64,000 nt of DNA from Gemmatimonadales bacterium (GTDB lineage Bacteria > Gemmatimonadota > Gemmatimonadetes > Gemmatimonadales > GWC2-71-9). This document shows positions 50,953-59,935 of this stretch, one piece after another. The stretch is taken from contig OZ252244.1 of NCBI GenBank assembly GCA_965249575.1, positions 1,856,001 through 1,920,000 of the forward strand, in the 5' to 3' direction. A model generated the notes under the pieces. The model was given only the letters and a program-made list of their open reading frames with translations. It did no database searches and was not told where the DNA came from. The first letter of the stretch is position 1; each line of letters begins with the position of its first letter. The position numbers were made by a program, and so were the translations under genes.

Positions 50953-51569
50953 TCACGTGACATCAGGCGAGGTACCGGGATGCACTTGCTTGATCATGGT
51001 GGTCGACGCCCCGAAACCCATCCATCGCCGCATCCACGGAGTTTGCGTCGTCTCCATCGCTTCAAAAACCGACCCGCTCATAGAGCCGGCGGGCGCCGGG
51101 GTTGGTGTCGACAACATCGAGCCGCACCTGAACCATGCCCTCCCTTGCCGCTCGCTCGATTACGGCGTCCAGTAGTTGGGAACCGATTTCCCTGGCCTCG
51201 CGCCGTAGGCGACACAACGATGCCGTCCATCACGAGTTCATTGGGCCCATTTTTGCGGTCGAGCATCGCCAATAACATCAACTTCAGCGCGCCGCGCAAC
51301 ACGCCATACCTTTTTCGCATTGCCGTCCACGTGATGCCCACGAACGCGCGCCCGGAGTACTGCACGCCAGCAAGACCCAACAACCGGGTTCCTCGCGAGC
51401 GATCACGACCCGATCGAGACGGAACGTCGGCCAGGAGTGCCGGTCCGTCTTTGTTACCCAGAATCGGACCCAGCTTCCGTTGAAACGCTTCCCAGTAGAG
51501 CGTCGCTGCCGCCGCACGCCAGTCCTCCATTAGGCCGTGCTCAATGACGAATTGGCTGTCGGATGTCAC
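50953..51569 (-). pseudogene. GNAT acetyltransferase with about four frameshifts
   Basis: Reconstructed across frames: LYWEAFQRKLGP...FRLDRVVIAREE...MDGIVVSPTARGQG/IGSQLL...LDVVDTNPGARRLYERVG/FEA. Confidence 0.8.
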
Positions 51570-51671
51570 TGGGGGTTTACAGAACTGGCTTTAACACTGC
51601 GCGACATAGGCAATGTCGCCGACGGGGTACAGCTGACATGTTCCCAACAACTCCCGCAGCCGCTGTTCCGC

Positions 51672-51790
51672 GATTGCGGCCCCCGCCGTGCTGGCATGCA
51701 GCAATCGGCGGAGGCCGTTGGCGCTCACCAGTCGGTTAGGCTCGGGTAGAGTGCGCGGTATAGACCCCGGTTGCGCAGGACGGCCCGGAC
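51672..51790. repeat. 119-bp direct repeat, copy B
   Basis: Contains the true 3' end of the Slt gene and a dead-end copy of the kinase start. Confidence 0.95.
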
Positions 51791-53929
51791 ATAGCCCCGC
51801 GTTTCGGCGTACGGTATGCGCTCGACAAAGCGAGCGAGATCGCTTGTGTCGTACCGGCGGCGCCACCGCTCCACGGGTCTCATGCCGGCGTTATAGGCTG
51901 CGAGTGAGAGGACCAGCGAACCCCGATAGTGCCGGAGGAGCGTCGCGAGATGCCCGGCCCCGACGTGGATGTTGGCGTCCGGGACGACGAGGAAATTGTC
52001 GCTCCACTCGACGCCCATCCGGCGCGCCACCTCCCTCGCGGTAGGCGGCATGAGCTGCATCATGCCCCGGGCACCCGCGCGCGACCGTACCTCCGGCATG
52101 AAGCTCGACTCCTGCCGAATGAGCGCGGCTACTAGGTAAGGATCGAGCCCGAACTCCTGCGCTTCCGCCAGGACCACCTCGCGCCGGGGCCACGGATAAA
52201 TCGCCCTGAGCACCCTGGCATCATTGAGGCCGCGAACCGACGAGGCCCGCCACCCGAGTGTGATTCCCTGTGAGACGCGCCCACGTTGGGTCACGAGCTC
52301 CGCGACGTCGAGCATGCCGACCTTTGTCCGACTCACCTCAGCGACGAGCCCCCGCACGATCGAGTTGGCCTCAGCGGCCAGCCCAATTTCGTCCAGCAGG
52401 TCGACTTGAGCGAATGCGGCCGCCAGGTCGGCCGGCGTTTCAGGTCGTTCCGGAGGATCAAAGGCTGGTGCCGGCCAGCCCAGCTGATCCCGAGCGAGCA
52501 CGCCGTAGTACCCGACGGAATCGACCCTTGCCAAGGCCCCCCAACGGGCCGCCGCGCCGGCTTCATCGCCCGACGCGGCTGAGAGCCCGGCGAGAAGAAA
52601 CCGGGCCGCGAGTCGCCTCTCACCCCCCAACTCGATTTCGGCCTCGTAAAAAACTCGGGCGCCGGACGTGTCCCCCCTACTCAGCGCAAGCGACGCCTGA
52701 CGAAAGCGCGCCTGGCCAGCGTACTCGTGACGCGGCCACCGCGACGTTACGACCCGGTAGAGTGAATCCGCTTTCGGGCCCCGACCCAGGTCGTCGGCGA
52801 GATCGGCGAGGAGATAGGACGCGAACGGCGCGCGTGAATGTGACGAATGGTTATCGACGAACGTCTGAAGAGCTCGCGATGCCGCAATGGGACGCCGAAG
52901 CCGTATGAGCGTTCGTGCCCGGCTCAGTTCAGCCATCACCGCGTCCGAACCGACGCCTTCGGCGGCCCGCGCGTACGCGCTCAGGGCCGCAGTCTGGGAG
53001 CCGGCGCGCACCAGGTAATCCCCCCACCGACGTAACGTCCCCGACGACGAGTCGCCAGCCGCGATCGCCCGGGCAACGAGCTGCGCCGCGCGCCGTGCGG
53101 ACTTCCACCTCAGTGCGTGTGCGAGCGCCAGGTATTCGTCAACGGCTGCCGGCGGGAAGTTCTCGTCGGCCAGGCGCACGCCGACGTCGGCATGATCGGG
53201 GTCACCTAGCGCACGATAGGCGAGCTGCCGTGCTCCCGCACTATCGCCGACAGCCAACGCCAGTGCCGCCGCCCGCCCGTCAACCCCGGCCGCAGCGAGC
53301 ACCGCGACGGCGCGCGCCGTATCTCCGGAGGCGACCAAACGCTCAGCCTTGCTCTTAACCGCAAGTCCGGCCCCATAGCGGGGTGGCTCGGATAGCAGGG
53401 TAAAGGCCAAATCGGTATCGGCGGTTACTCGAGCCCGCCTCATCGCGAGCCATCCGTGAATGGCGGGGAGGTCTTGGGCGGCGAGCTCGAACAGGCGCGC
53501 GGCCTGCGCGCGGCCTCCAGCCTCACTCCACGACACCGCTGCTCGGGCGATGAGTATCCCCTTGCTACCACCCACGCTGTGCTCGCCTGCCTCCTGGAAG
53601 AGCAGGGCCGCCTGCTCATAGGCCCCAACCCCGAACGCCGCTGCCGCCCGGAGCTCGAGGGCGATCTCCGCGAACGACTGGTCGGCCACCCGGTGGCGAT
53701 CCAGCAGGGCCCGCGCGCGGCTGGGCCGCCCTAGCTCCAACTCGGCTCGCGCCGCAAGCAGAATGTCAGACGCGGCCGGGCGGCCGGACCGCAGAGCTGG
53801 GGCGACTCGGATAATCGAGTGAAACGGCCCGGCATCGACCTCGGACGGCCACGCGTCTTCCGGCGCTTGCGCTCCGGATAGAGCCGGCACAGTCAGGAGA
53901 AGAACCCAGAGCACTACGGATCGCACCAT
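51725..53929 (-). CDS. Lytic transglycosylase (Slt domain) with TPR-like N-terminal region
   Basis: IRQESSF, SRAGARGMMQLMP, AAYNAG, ETRGYV; signal peptide. Confidence 0.92.
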   Translation of the reverse strand: MVRSVVLWVLLLTVPALSGAQAPEDAWPSEVDAGPFHSIIRVAPALRSGRPAASDILLAARAELELGRPSRARALLDRHRVADQSFAEIALELRAAAAFGVGAYEQAALLFQEAGEHSVGGSKGILIARAAVSWSEAGGRAQAARLFELAAQDLPAIHGWLAMRRARVTADTDLAFTLLSEPPRYGAGLAVKSKAERLVASGDTARAVAVLAAAGVDGRAAALALAVGDSAGARQLAYRALGDPDHADVGVRLADENFPPAAVDEYLALAHALRWKSARRAAQLVARAIAAGDSSSGTLRRWGDYLVRAGSQTAALSAYARAAEGVGSDAVMAELSRARTLIRLRRPIAASRALQTFVDNHSSHSRAPFASYLLADLADDLGRGPKADSLYRVVTSRWPRHEYAGQARFRQASLALSRGDTSGARVFYEAEIELGGERRLAARFLLAGLSAASGDEAGAAARWGALARVDSVGYYGVLARDQLGWPAPAFDPPERPETPADLAAAFAQVDLLDEIGLAAEANSIVRGLVAEVSRTKVGMLDVAELVTQRGRVSQGITLGWRASSVRGLNDARVLRAIYPWPRREVVLAEAQEFGLDPYLVAALIRQESSFMPEVRSRAGARGMMQLMPPTAREVARRMGVEWSDNFLVVPDANIHVGAGHLATLLRHYRGSLVLSLAAYNAGMRPVERWRRRYDTSDLARFVERIPYAETRGYVRAVLRNRGLYRALYPSLTDW

Positions 53930-55291
53930 TTACCTCGACCGGCGGCGGTGAAGGACCCTCAGGTAATCCGAACGCCCTGAGGGGGTTAGGCGGAACTGGC
54001 CAAACCCCTCGTCAACGAACTCCAATATCAACCCGTCCATAAGATAGGTCCATCGAATGACCCGCAGCTCCCCCTGCAATCCTGCGCTGTGATCGACTAC
54101 CTCATCAGGACCGCCCAGGGTCACGAACACCTCGCCGCGATCCGTCAGCCACCCCGGACTACCGGACTCCCGGTACCGGTCGTTTGCCACCTCGAGCCTC
54201 CGGAAGTACTCGATCAGCCCCTCGTGCTCCGGGGTCGTAGGATTAGGGTCGGTCTCACCCCAAAAAACCCGCCAGAGCGCAGCCCTGTCGGCCGGGGGCG
54301 CCCTTTTCATTGCCTGAATGGTGCTTTCGTGCCCGAAGTGGCGGAGGAGAGACAATACGTCCTCGAAGTTGGTCACGACCCATTCGTCAGAGAATCCGAT
54401 CAGCAGCGGCGCTTCGACTGTGTCGCGCCGATCCAACGGCACGGCTCGGATTCGCAGCTCACCGATCGGCAACGCACCGGGCGAGATCGCTACGATCGCC
54501 GATGCTGGAGCGCCGTTGAGCTGCACCAAATCTCGCCAGACTCCGTTTCCGTTCCCCTCCAGCACTTCGAATGCAATCTCCGTTCCGCCGGGCAGGCGAT
54601 AACTCTCGAGGTAGAACCTCATGGTGTCAATGCCATACGGAACGGTGGCGCGCGGGTTGACGAGCAGATTGGGAAACGTCGACCGGCTGGATCGCGGCTC
54701 GCCCCAAAAAATTGGTATCAGTGATGAGAACGCGGTGGTAACGCCGAGTTGTGGCACTCCCAGCTCGGACTCGTCAGAGGAAGTCGCTGCGCTGTGACGG
54801 TCGCGCACACGCACCGTTGCCCGGAAGGATCCCGGGGACAGCAAGACAAACTGCTGGAACACCACGCTCTCGTCAGAGCGCTGAGTTTCCGAAAAACTTG
54901 CTACGCGCACGCGTTGGTCCGAAGAGAGGCTCTTTACGACCTGACGGCCGTGCCGAAAAGTGGCAGCGACGTTGTAGGCAGCTTCGAACACCCCCTCCGA
55001 CCGGCGGAACGACAGCGCGCTGTTCGAGAGCGAGACGCCGATTATGGCGATCGTCGAATCGGGGTGCGGGCCCGCAAGGAACCGTATCGTCGCGACGAAC
55101 GGGAGGGGCGGCCCGGGCGCCATGAACCCCATGTCTCGGTATGCGGCGTGCGGGTCCAGGATGCGGGAAACGACCTGAGTTGGATCAGGAGTGCGCTCCC
55201 CTCCGGTTCCCTGAACCGATCCGCAGGCGGCTAGGCCGAGCGTAAGTGCGCTGACGGCGACCTGCCCCCGCCTCGAAGGTGTGGCATGCAT
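53930..55291 (-). CDS. GWxTD domain lipoprotein
   Basis: LAAC lipobox; FWGETDPNPTTPEHE, GWLTDRGEVFVTLGGPD. Confidence 0.9.
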   Translation of the reverse strand: MHATPSRRGQVAVSALTLGLAACGSVQGTGGERTPDPTQVVSRILDPHAAYRDMGFMAPGPPLPFVATIRFLAGPHPDSTIAIIGVSLSNSALSFRRSEGVFEAAYNVAATFRHGRQVVKSLSSDQRVRVASFSETQRSDESVVFQQFVLLSPGSFRATVRVRDRHSAATSSDESELGVPQLGVTTAFSSLIPIFWGEPRSSRSTFPNLLVNPRATVPYGIDTMRFYLESYRLPGGTEIAFEVLEGNGNGVWRDLVQLNGAPASAIVAISPGALPIGELRIRAVPLDRRDTVEAPLLIGFSDEWVVTNFEDVLSLLRHFGHESTIQAMKRAPPADRAALWRVFWGETDPNPTTPEHEGLIEYFRRLEVANDRYRESGSPGWLTDRGEVFVTLGGPDEVVDHSAGLQGELRVIRWTYLMDGLILEFVDEGFGQFRLTPSGRSDYLRVLHRRRSR

Positions 55292-55344
55292 CTCAGCGAA
55301 AGGTGATTGCCGGGTTGCCGGAGTTCAAGCTCGCGGCTTAGGTT

Positions 55345-56283
55345 ATGGCACCGAAAATGGCATCTGAGAATCTCGCCGGACGTAGTATTGCAGGTTACCG
55401 TCTCCTCGAGCGCGTCGGCGAGGGCGGCACCGCTATGGTCTACCGAGCGGAACACGCCGAGTACGGACGCTGCGCTGTTAAGACACTGAAGAATCGACTC
55501 AGTCAGGACCCTACCGCAGTCAAGAGGTTTCTCCGTGAGGCGGGCTACGGCACCCGCGTGCAGCACGACCACGTAGTCAAGACCTTTGATTTCGGTGACC
55601 AGGATGGCCTCTACTACCTGGCGCTCGAGTGGGCGGAGGGCGAGCCCCTCTCTCGCTTGGTCGAGCGGGAGGAGTCGGTCGATCCGTCTCTGGTGGCGCA
55701 CATTGTCGACCAGCTTGCCGACGCGCTGGCCGCGGCCCACGCCGCCGGGATCATTCATCGCGATCTAAAACCTGAGAACATCGTATTCGATTCGCAGACG
55801 CGCACCACGAAGCTGCTCGACTTCGGCATCGCCAGGGATGCGCAGTCCGACCCCGCGGATCGGCTCACGAGGGCGGGTTTCTTCGTTGGGAGCGTGCAGT
55901 ACGTTCCTCCCGAAGCCCTCTCCGGCGAGCTCGTCGACAAGAAGGCGGACATCTACTCACTCGCAACCATCACGTACTATCTGCTCACCGGGCGACACCC
56001 GTTTCCCGGCGCGAGTCCGAAGGAACTGTTTCGCCAGCTCCTGACGGGCTCGCCCGTCCCACTGAATCAGGCCTCCGCGTTCCACCGGTTTTCCGGGGAC
56101 CTCGAGCGCGCGGTCATGACCGGGTTGTCGAGGAATCCGGCGGACCGGCAATCGTCAGTTCGGCAATTTGCCGACGAGATCGCCGAGGCCGTAAAGGCCC
56201 TCGAGGAGCGGAAGAGCTCGGGAGGGGTGTTCGTTCGCGCCCTGAGAGGTCTCTTAAGGCTCAGCAAGACCCGCAGTTCGTAG
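55345..56283 (+). CDS. Soluble Hanks-type Ser/Thr protein kinase
   Basis: GEGGTAMVY, AVK, HRDLKPEN, DFG, YVPPE. Confidence 0.92.
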   Translation: MAPKMASENLAGRSIAGYRLLERVGEGGTAMVYRAEHAEYGRCAVKTLKNRLSQDPTAVKRFLREAGYGTRVQHDHVVKTFDFGDQDGLYYLALEWAEGEPLSRLVEREESVDPSLVAHIVDQLADALAAAHAAGIIHRDLKPENIVFDSQTRTTKLLDFGIARDAQSDPADRLTRAGFFVGSVQYVPPEALSGELVDKKADIYSLATITYYLLTGRHPFPGASPKELFRQLLTGSPVPLNQASAFHRFSGDLERAVMTGLSRNPADRQSSVRQFADEIAEAVKALEERKSSGGVFVRALRGLLRLSKTRSS

Positions 56284-56308
56284 TTGACATTACAACTACA
56301 GCGTTGGA

Positions 56309-56884
56309 ATGGCTCCAGCCAGCGATAATCTGAGGTCACGGCTAATCGGGCTCCTCAAGGCCCGCTCGCTCAAGCGGGGCGAGTTCACCCTCGCCTCGGG
56401 GCGAACATCTTCGTACTACATCGACGCGCGGTTGACCACGATGTCGGCGGAGGGCCTCGAGGTGATCGGCCAGCTCGCGTTGAATCGGATCCGCGACGCG
56501 GGCTGGGCTCCGAAATCGGTCGGTGGACTGACGCTCGGGGCGGATCCGGTTGCCTACTCGATCGCGCTTGCCAGCCGCGGTTCGCCACCCAGGATCGATG
56601 CTTTCACGGTGCGCAAAGCCAAGAAGGAACACGGCGCCGGTCGGAGCATCGAGGGTTGTTTCGCGGCCCCGTCAGACGTGGTGATTGTGGAGGATGTGAT
56701 TACCACCGGTCAATCGGCCCTCAAGGCGATCGCGGCGGTCGAAGGGGCGGGCGGGTCCATGCTCGGCGTGCTCGCCGTTGTCGACCGGGTAGAGGGCGGT
56801 GTCGGCGTGATCGAGAGTGCTGGGTACCGCGTGGCCGTGCTCGTCGACGTAGCCGAGCTTGGCGTCGAGCTCGGGACCGACTGA
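56309..56884 (+). CDS. pyrE: Orotate phosphoribosyltransferase
   Basis: GEFTLASGRTSSYYID, RKAKKEHG, IVEDVITTG. Confidence 0.95.
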   Translation: MAPASDNLRSRLIGLLKARSLKRGEFTLASGRTSSYYIDARLTTMSAEGLEVIGQLALNRIRDAGWAPKSVGGLTLGADPVAYSIALASRGSPPRIDAFTVRKAKKEHGAGRSIEGCFAAPSDVVIVEDVITTGQSALKAIAAVEGAGGSMLGVLAVVDRVEGGVGVIESAGYRVAVLVDVAELGVELGTD

Positions 56885-56938
56885 GTCTCTGTTAGCCGAG
56901 CTTCTGCTGACCAGCCTGGTTCCCTCCCGGTACGCTTC

Positions 56939-57799
56939 TCACCATCGGTGTCCGAGATCCATCACCCCGTTGTCCAGTGGATGGAAGGTGCGAAACGTGG
57001 TCCGGAAGGGAACGATTAGGCGGGCAACATAGTCCGCAAGCGCGGAGTCAAACACGCAGCGTCGTCGAAACTCCCCCGCGGTCATCCCGGTGGTGGAGCG
57101 AAGGTGACGACCAAAGCTCTGCGGTGAAGAGTATTCTAAGCGGTACGCCACGTCGGCAATGGAGAGCCCCGAGATCTCGAACAGTGCCGCCGCGTGAACC
57201 AGCCGGGTGGCGGCGAGATACCGCTTGGGAGAAGGCACCCCTGACCGGAAGAACCGTGACATGAATGTGCTGGGCCGTACTCGCAATTGCGCTGCCAGAA
57301 CACGGACTGTCGGAACGCTCGGTGCTCTGCGTATCACGATCTCGAAGAACCTCCGGCAGTCGTCACTGGGCTCGCCAAGCGCCGGCACAACGGCCTCGAG
57401 AATACGGGCGGCGGTGGGGGAGACCGGATGCGTAACCAGCTCCCTGAGCGCCCGCCACCCCTCCCGCCCGGTGAGATCGAACATGCGCCGCACCCCGGAC
57501 GCGCCAAGCGCCAGGAGCTGTTGGCTTGACTTTGCATCATGGCGTGACACGACGGCGGCGGTCGTGACGGTCGGGAAGCCCTTGACAAGCGCAGCGACAC
57601 CAGCGAGCTCGTCGCGCACGATGCTGCGGGGGGATACGAACACCGCATGAACTGGCCGCTCTCGCACGGTCCTTATGGCGTCGCGAACGTTTTCGGCGTG
57701 GATGGCTGCAAAGCACCCATGGGCCGCGGCATCGAAGCGAGAACGCTCCGTTGGCTCGACGATGGTTGCGACGGTGGGTGAGGGGTGGCTCCACCCCAT
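56939..57799 (-). CDS. AraC family regulator with degenerate receiver-like N-terminus
   Basis: SPKRYLAATRL, SIADVAYRLEYSSPQSFGRHLR..TGMTAGEFR; GGAGGAG Shine-Dalgarno. Confidence 0.88.
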   Translation of the reverse strand: MGWSHPSPTVATIVEPTERSRFDAAAHGCFAAIHAENVRDAIRTVRERPVHAVFVSPRSIVRDELAGVAALVKGFPTVTTAAVVSRHDAKSSQQLLALGASGVRRMFDLTGREGWRALRELVTHPVSPTAARILEAVVPALGEPSDDCRRFFEIVIRRAPSVPTVRVLAAQLRVRPSTFMSRFFRSGVPSPKRYLAATRLVHAAALFEISGLSIADVAYRLEYSSPQSFGRHLRSTTGMTAGEFRRRCVFDSALADYVARLIVPFRTTFRTFHPLDNGVMDLGHRW

Positions 57800-57870
57800 G
57801 GGCTCCTCCACGATTCCTGCTACGGGACCATGGCACTGGGTTCTCAACCGGAAGTCAACAATTGCCGCGT

Positions 57871-57899
57871 TTCCCGCAAAACGATCGAGTTGCTATGTT
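57871..57899 (+). promoter_or_regulatory. Candidate rnpB promoter
   Basis: TTCCCG-N17-TATGTT with TGn extension, just upstream of the RNA 5' end. Confidence 0.5.
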
Positions 57900-57915
57900 T
57901 GGTGTGGTCGGTGGC

Positions 57916-58269
57916 GGCGGAGTGGGATGGTCGCGGCTTGCTTTATTTGCAAGTCGAGGAAAGTCCGAGCTCCACAGGGCAGACTGCCAGGTAACGCCTG
58001 GGCGCCGAGAGGCGACGGACAGGGCAACAGAAAGCAGACCGCCCGCTTCGGCGGGTAAGGGTGAAATGGTGGGGTAAGAGCCCACCGCGCAGCTGGTAAC
58101 AGCTGTGGCACGGTAACCCCCAGTCGGAGCAAGGCCAAATAGGCGGCGAGGCCCGGCCCGGGCCGTTTGAGCCGTGGGTAGGCCGCTTGAGATAGCGGGT
58201 GACCGCTGTCCTAGAGAGATGACCTCCGCTCGTTTTGAGGGCGAACAGAACTCGGCTTACGGCTCCGCC
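57916..58269 (+). ncRNA. rnpB: RNase P RNA, bacterial type A
   Basis: GAGGAAAGTCCGAGCTCC, GCAACAGAAAG, AGGGTGAAA, GGAGCAAG, AACAGAACTCGGCTTA; P1 GGCGGAG/CTCCGCC. Confidence 0.97.
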
Positions 58270-58314
58270 TCACCGCCCCCGCCGCCGGAACCCGCCCTCC
58301 CGCTCGAGGAGCGG

Positions 58315-59043
58315 GTGGTCCGCTTCGGTCCTGGTCAGGCGCGGTACCGAGCCGTGTCTCGCCTGCACGTGGAACAGGAGTTCAATGGCCAGGCGCAGGA
58401 GAGCAGCGTAAACCTGGTCTACTACGCGACGGCCCATGTCGAGCGGGAGGGCGAAGATCTGAAGGCGACCCTGGTGCTGGACTCAATCGAGGCGTCGGAC
58501 CCGACGACCTTATCGACTACCGAGCTGGCGGACGCCAGGGGCGCCACGTTCTCGGGCACCCTCTCCCCAGAGGGGGAGCTCACTGGCTTCGTTGGCGGAG
58601 ACTCGACGCAGTCTCGCATCGTGCAGCAACTGTCCGCCGGATTTCGCCAATTCTTTCCGCGGATTCCCGCCGGCGGCGCCACGCCTGGTCAAACGTGGAC
58701 GGACACCGCTGAGGTTCGGAGCGACTTTGGCGGGACGGACCTGACCGTCCGCTCCATCAACGATCACGGTGCGACGGGATGGATAGATTTTTCGGGACGG
58801 CTCGCGCTGCACATCCGCACGGAAACGAGCTACACACTCTCCGGCACGGGTTCCCAGGGACCGGAGGAGCTCACGCTGAATGGCCAGGGCGAGCGGACCA
58901 GCCACCAGTACATCTCTCCGGACGGCGTCTACCTCGGGGGCTTTGCTGCCGACACGTCTGACATCAGCGTGATCCTCTCGCAGTCGGGCGCGCTCATACC
59001 CGTTCGGCAGGCCCGTGTTGATACGCTCCAGGTCATCCAATGA
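58315..59043 (+). CDS. Hypothetical beta-rich protein; start unresolved, frame open back into rnpB
   Basis: Long protein-like ORF (FFPRIP..GATPGQTWTD); ATGA coupling to the next gene. Confidence 0.7.
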   Translation: MVRFGPGQARYRAVSRLHVEQEFNGQAQESSVNLVYYATAHVEREGEDLKATLVLDSIEASDPTTLSTTELADARGATFSGTLSPEGELTGFVGGDSTQSRIVQQLSAGFRQFFPRIPAGGATPGQTWTDTAEVRSDFGGTDLTVRSINDHGATGWIDFSGRLALHIRTETSYTLSGTGSQGPEELTLNGQGERTSHQYISPDGVYLGGFAADTSDISVILSQSGALIPVRQARVDTLQVIQ

Positions 59044-59885
59044 GCCCCCGTGGCTCGGCTGTACTGACGCTGGTCCTGGCGTGCGGCCTTCCTAGCGTCG
59101 GGTCAGCACAAGCACAATTCCAGCCGGCGCGCTCGGAGGATTACTTGTTCGCGAGCTCCGTCAACGATGTGCGGGCCCTCTGGGTCAACCCAGCGGGGCT
59201 AGGCATCGTTCGTGAAGCATCGTTGATGGGTGAATTCTCGCTCGAACGCAGGACCACTGGCGACTGGCGGCTGGGACAGTACACGCTGGGTCTCAATTCC
59301 CGGGGCATCTCGCTCGGGTTCCGGCGCGATCGTTTGCCGACCTTCTCCAACAGCATCATACGGGTGGGGTTGGGTTTGGGGTTCCCGCGGGGGGCGTTTG
59401 GCGCCGCGGTCTCGATCCACCGGGGCACCACCAACGACCGCAGTCTCGATCTCGGGCTTCGGTTGATCCCGCTCCCACGCGTCGACCTGGGGGTCGTTCT
59501 CAAGAACATCGGCCGGCCCGTCATTCGCGGACAGAAGCGCTTCTTGTCTGGGGTTGCTTCGGGGAGCTTCACGGTGCTCCCGGGCCTGGCGCGGGTCATG
59601 GCTGAGGCTCACGCGCTGGAACGGGGCCAGGTGTCGGGCTACAACATGAGCTACCGTGCCGGAGCGCTCGTTGCCGCCGGGCGATCCCTGCCCGTGGGTG
59701 CGCTAGCGACGTTCGAGCTGGGGGACAATCTGAAGATCAATCGCTGGACCGTGGGAGTCGTGATCGGGGCCGAGCGGCGGGCACTGGCGGTCGGCTCGTT
59801 CACACCTTCCGGAGGGTCGGCCAGTTTCGATGACTTGAGCATCACAGGACTCGCGAGCCGCGTAGTCGCCGGGCCGCGACGCTAG
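59040..59885 (+). CDS. Putative outer-membrane beta-barrel protein
   Basis: Signal peptide, LWVNPAGLG, DLGL and GVVLKNIG amphipathic strands (FadL/PorV-like pattern). Confidence 0.65.
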   Translation: MSPRGSAVLTLVLACGLPSVGSAQAQFQPARSEDYLFASSVNDVRALWVNPAGLGIVREASLMGEFSLERRTTGDWRLGQYTLGLNSRGISLGFRRDRLPTFSNSIIRVGLGLGFPRGAFGAAVSIHRGTTNDRSLDLGLRLIPLPRVDLGVVLKNIGRPVIRGQKRFLSGVASGSFTVLPGLARVMAEAHALERGQVSGYNMSYRAGALVAAGRSLPVGALATFELGDNLKINRWTVGVVIGAERRALAVGSFTPSGGSASFDDLSITGLASRVVAGPRR

Positions 59886-59935
59886 GGGGCCGCTGGTCGA
59901 TGCCCGTGGCCGGTTGTGGTGTGGTTGGGTCGGCT

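Noticed and set aside
50782..51790. Repeat pair as a diversity-generating retroelement TR/VR
   Set aside because: Mismatches are not adenine-specific on either strand and there is no reverse transcriptase in the window.
57675..58138. ORFs called across rnpB
   Set aside because: They are shadows of the structural RNA gene.
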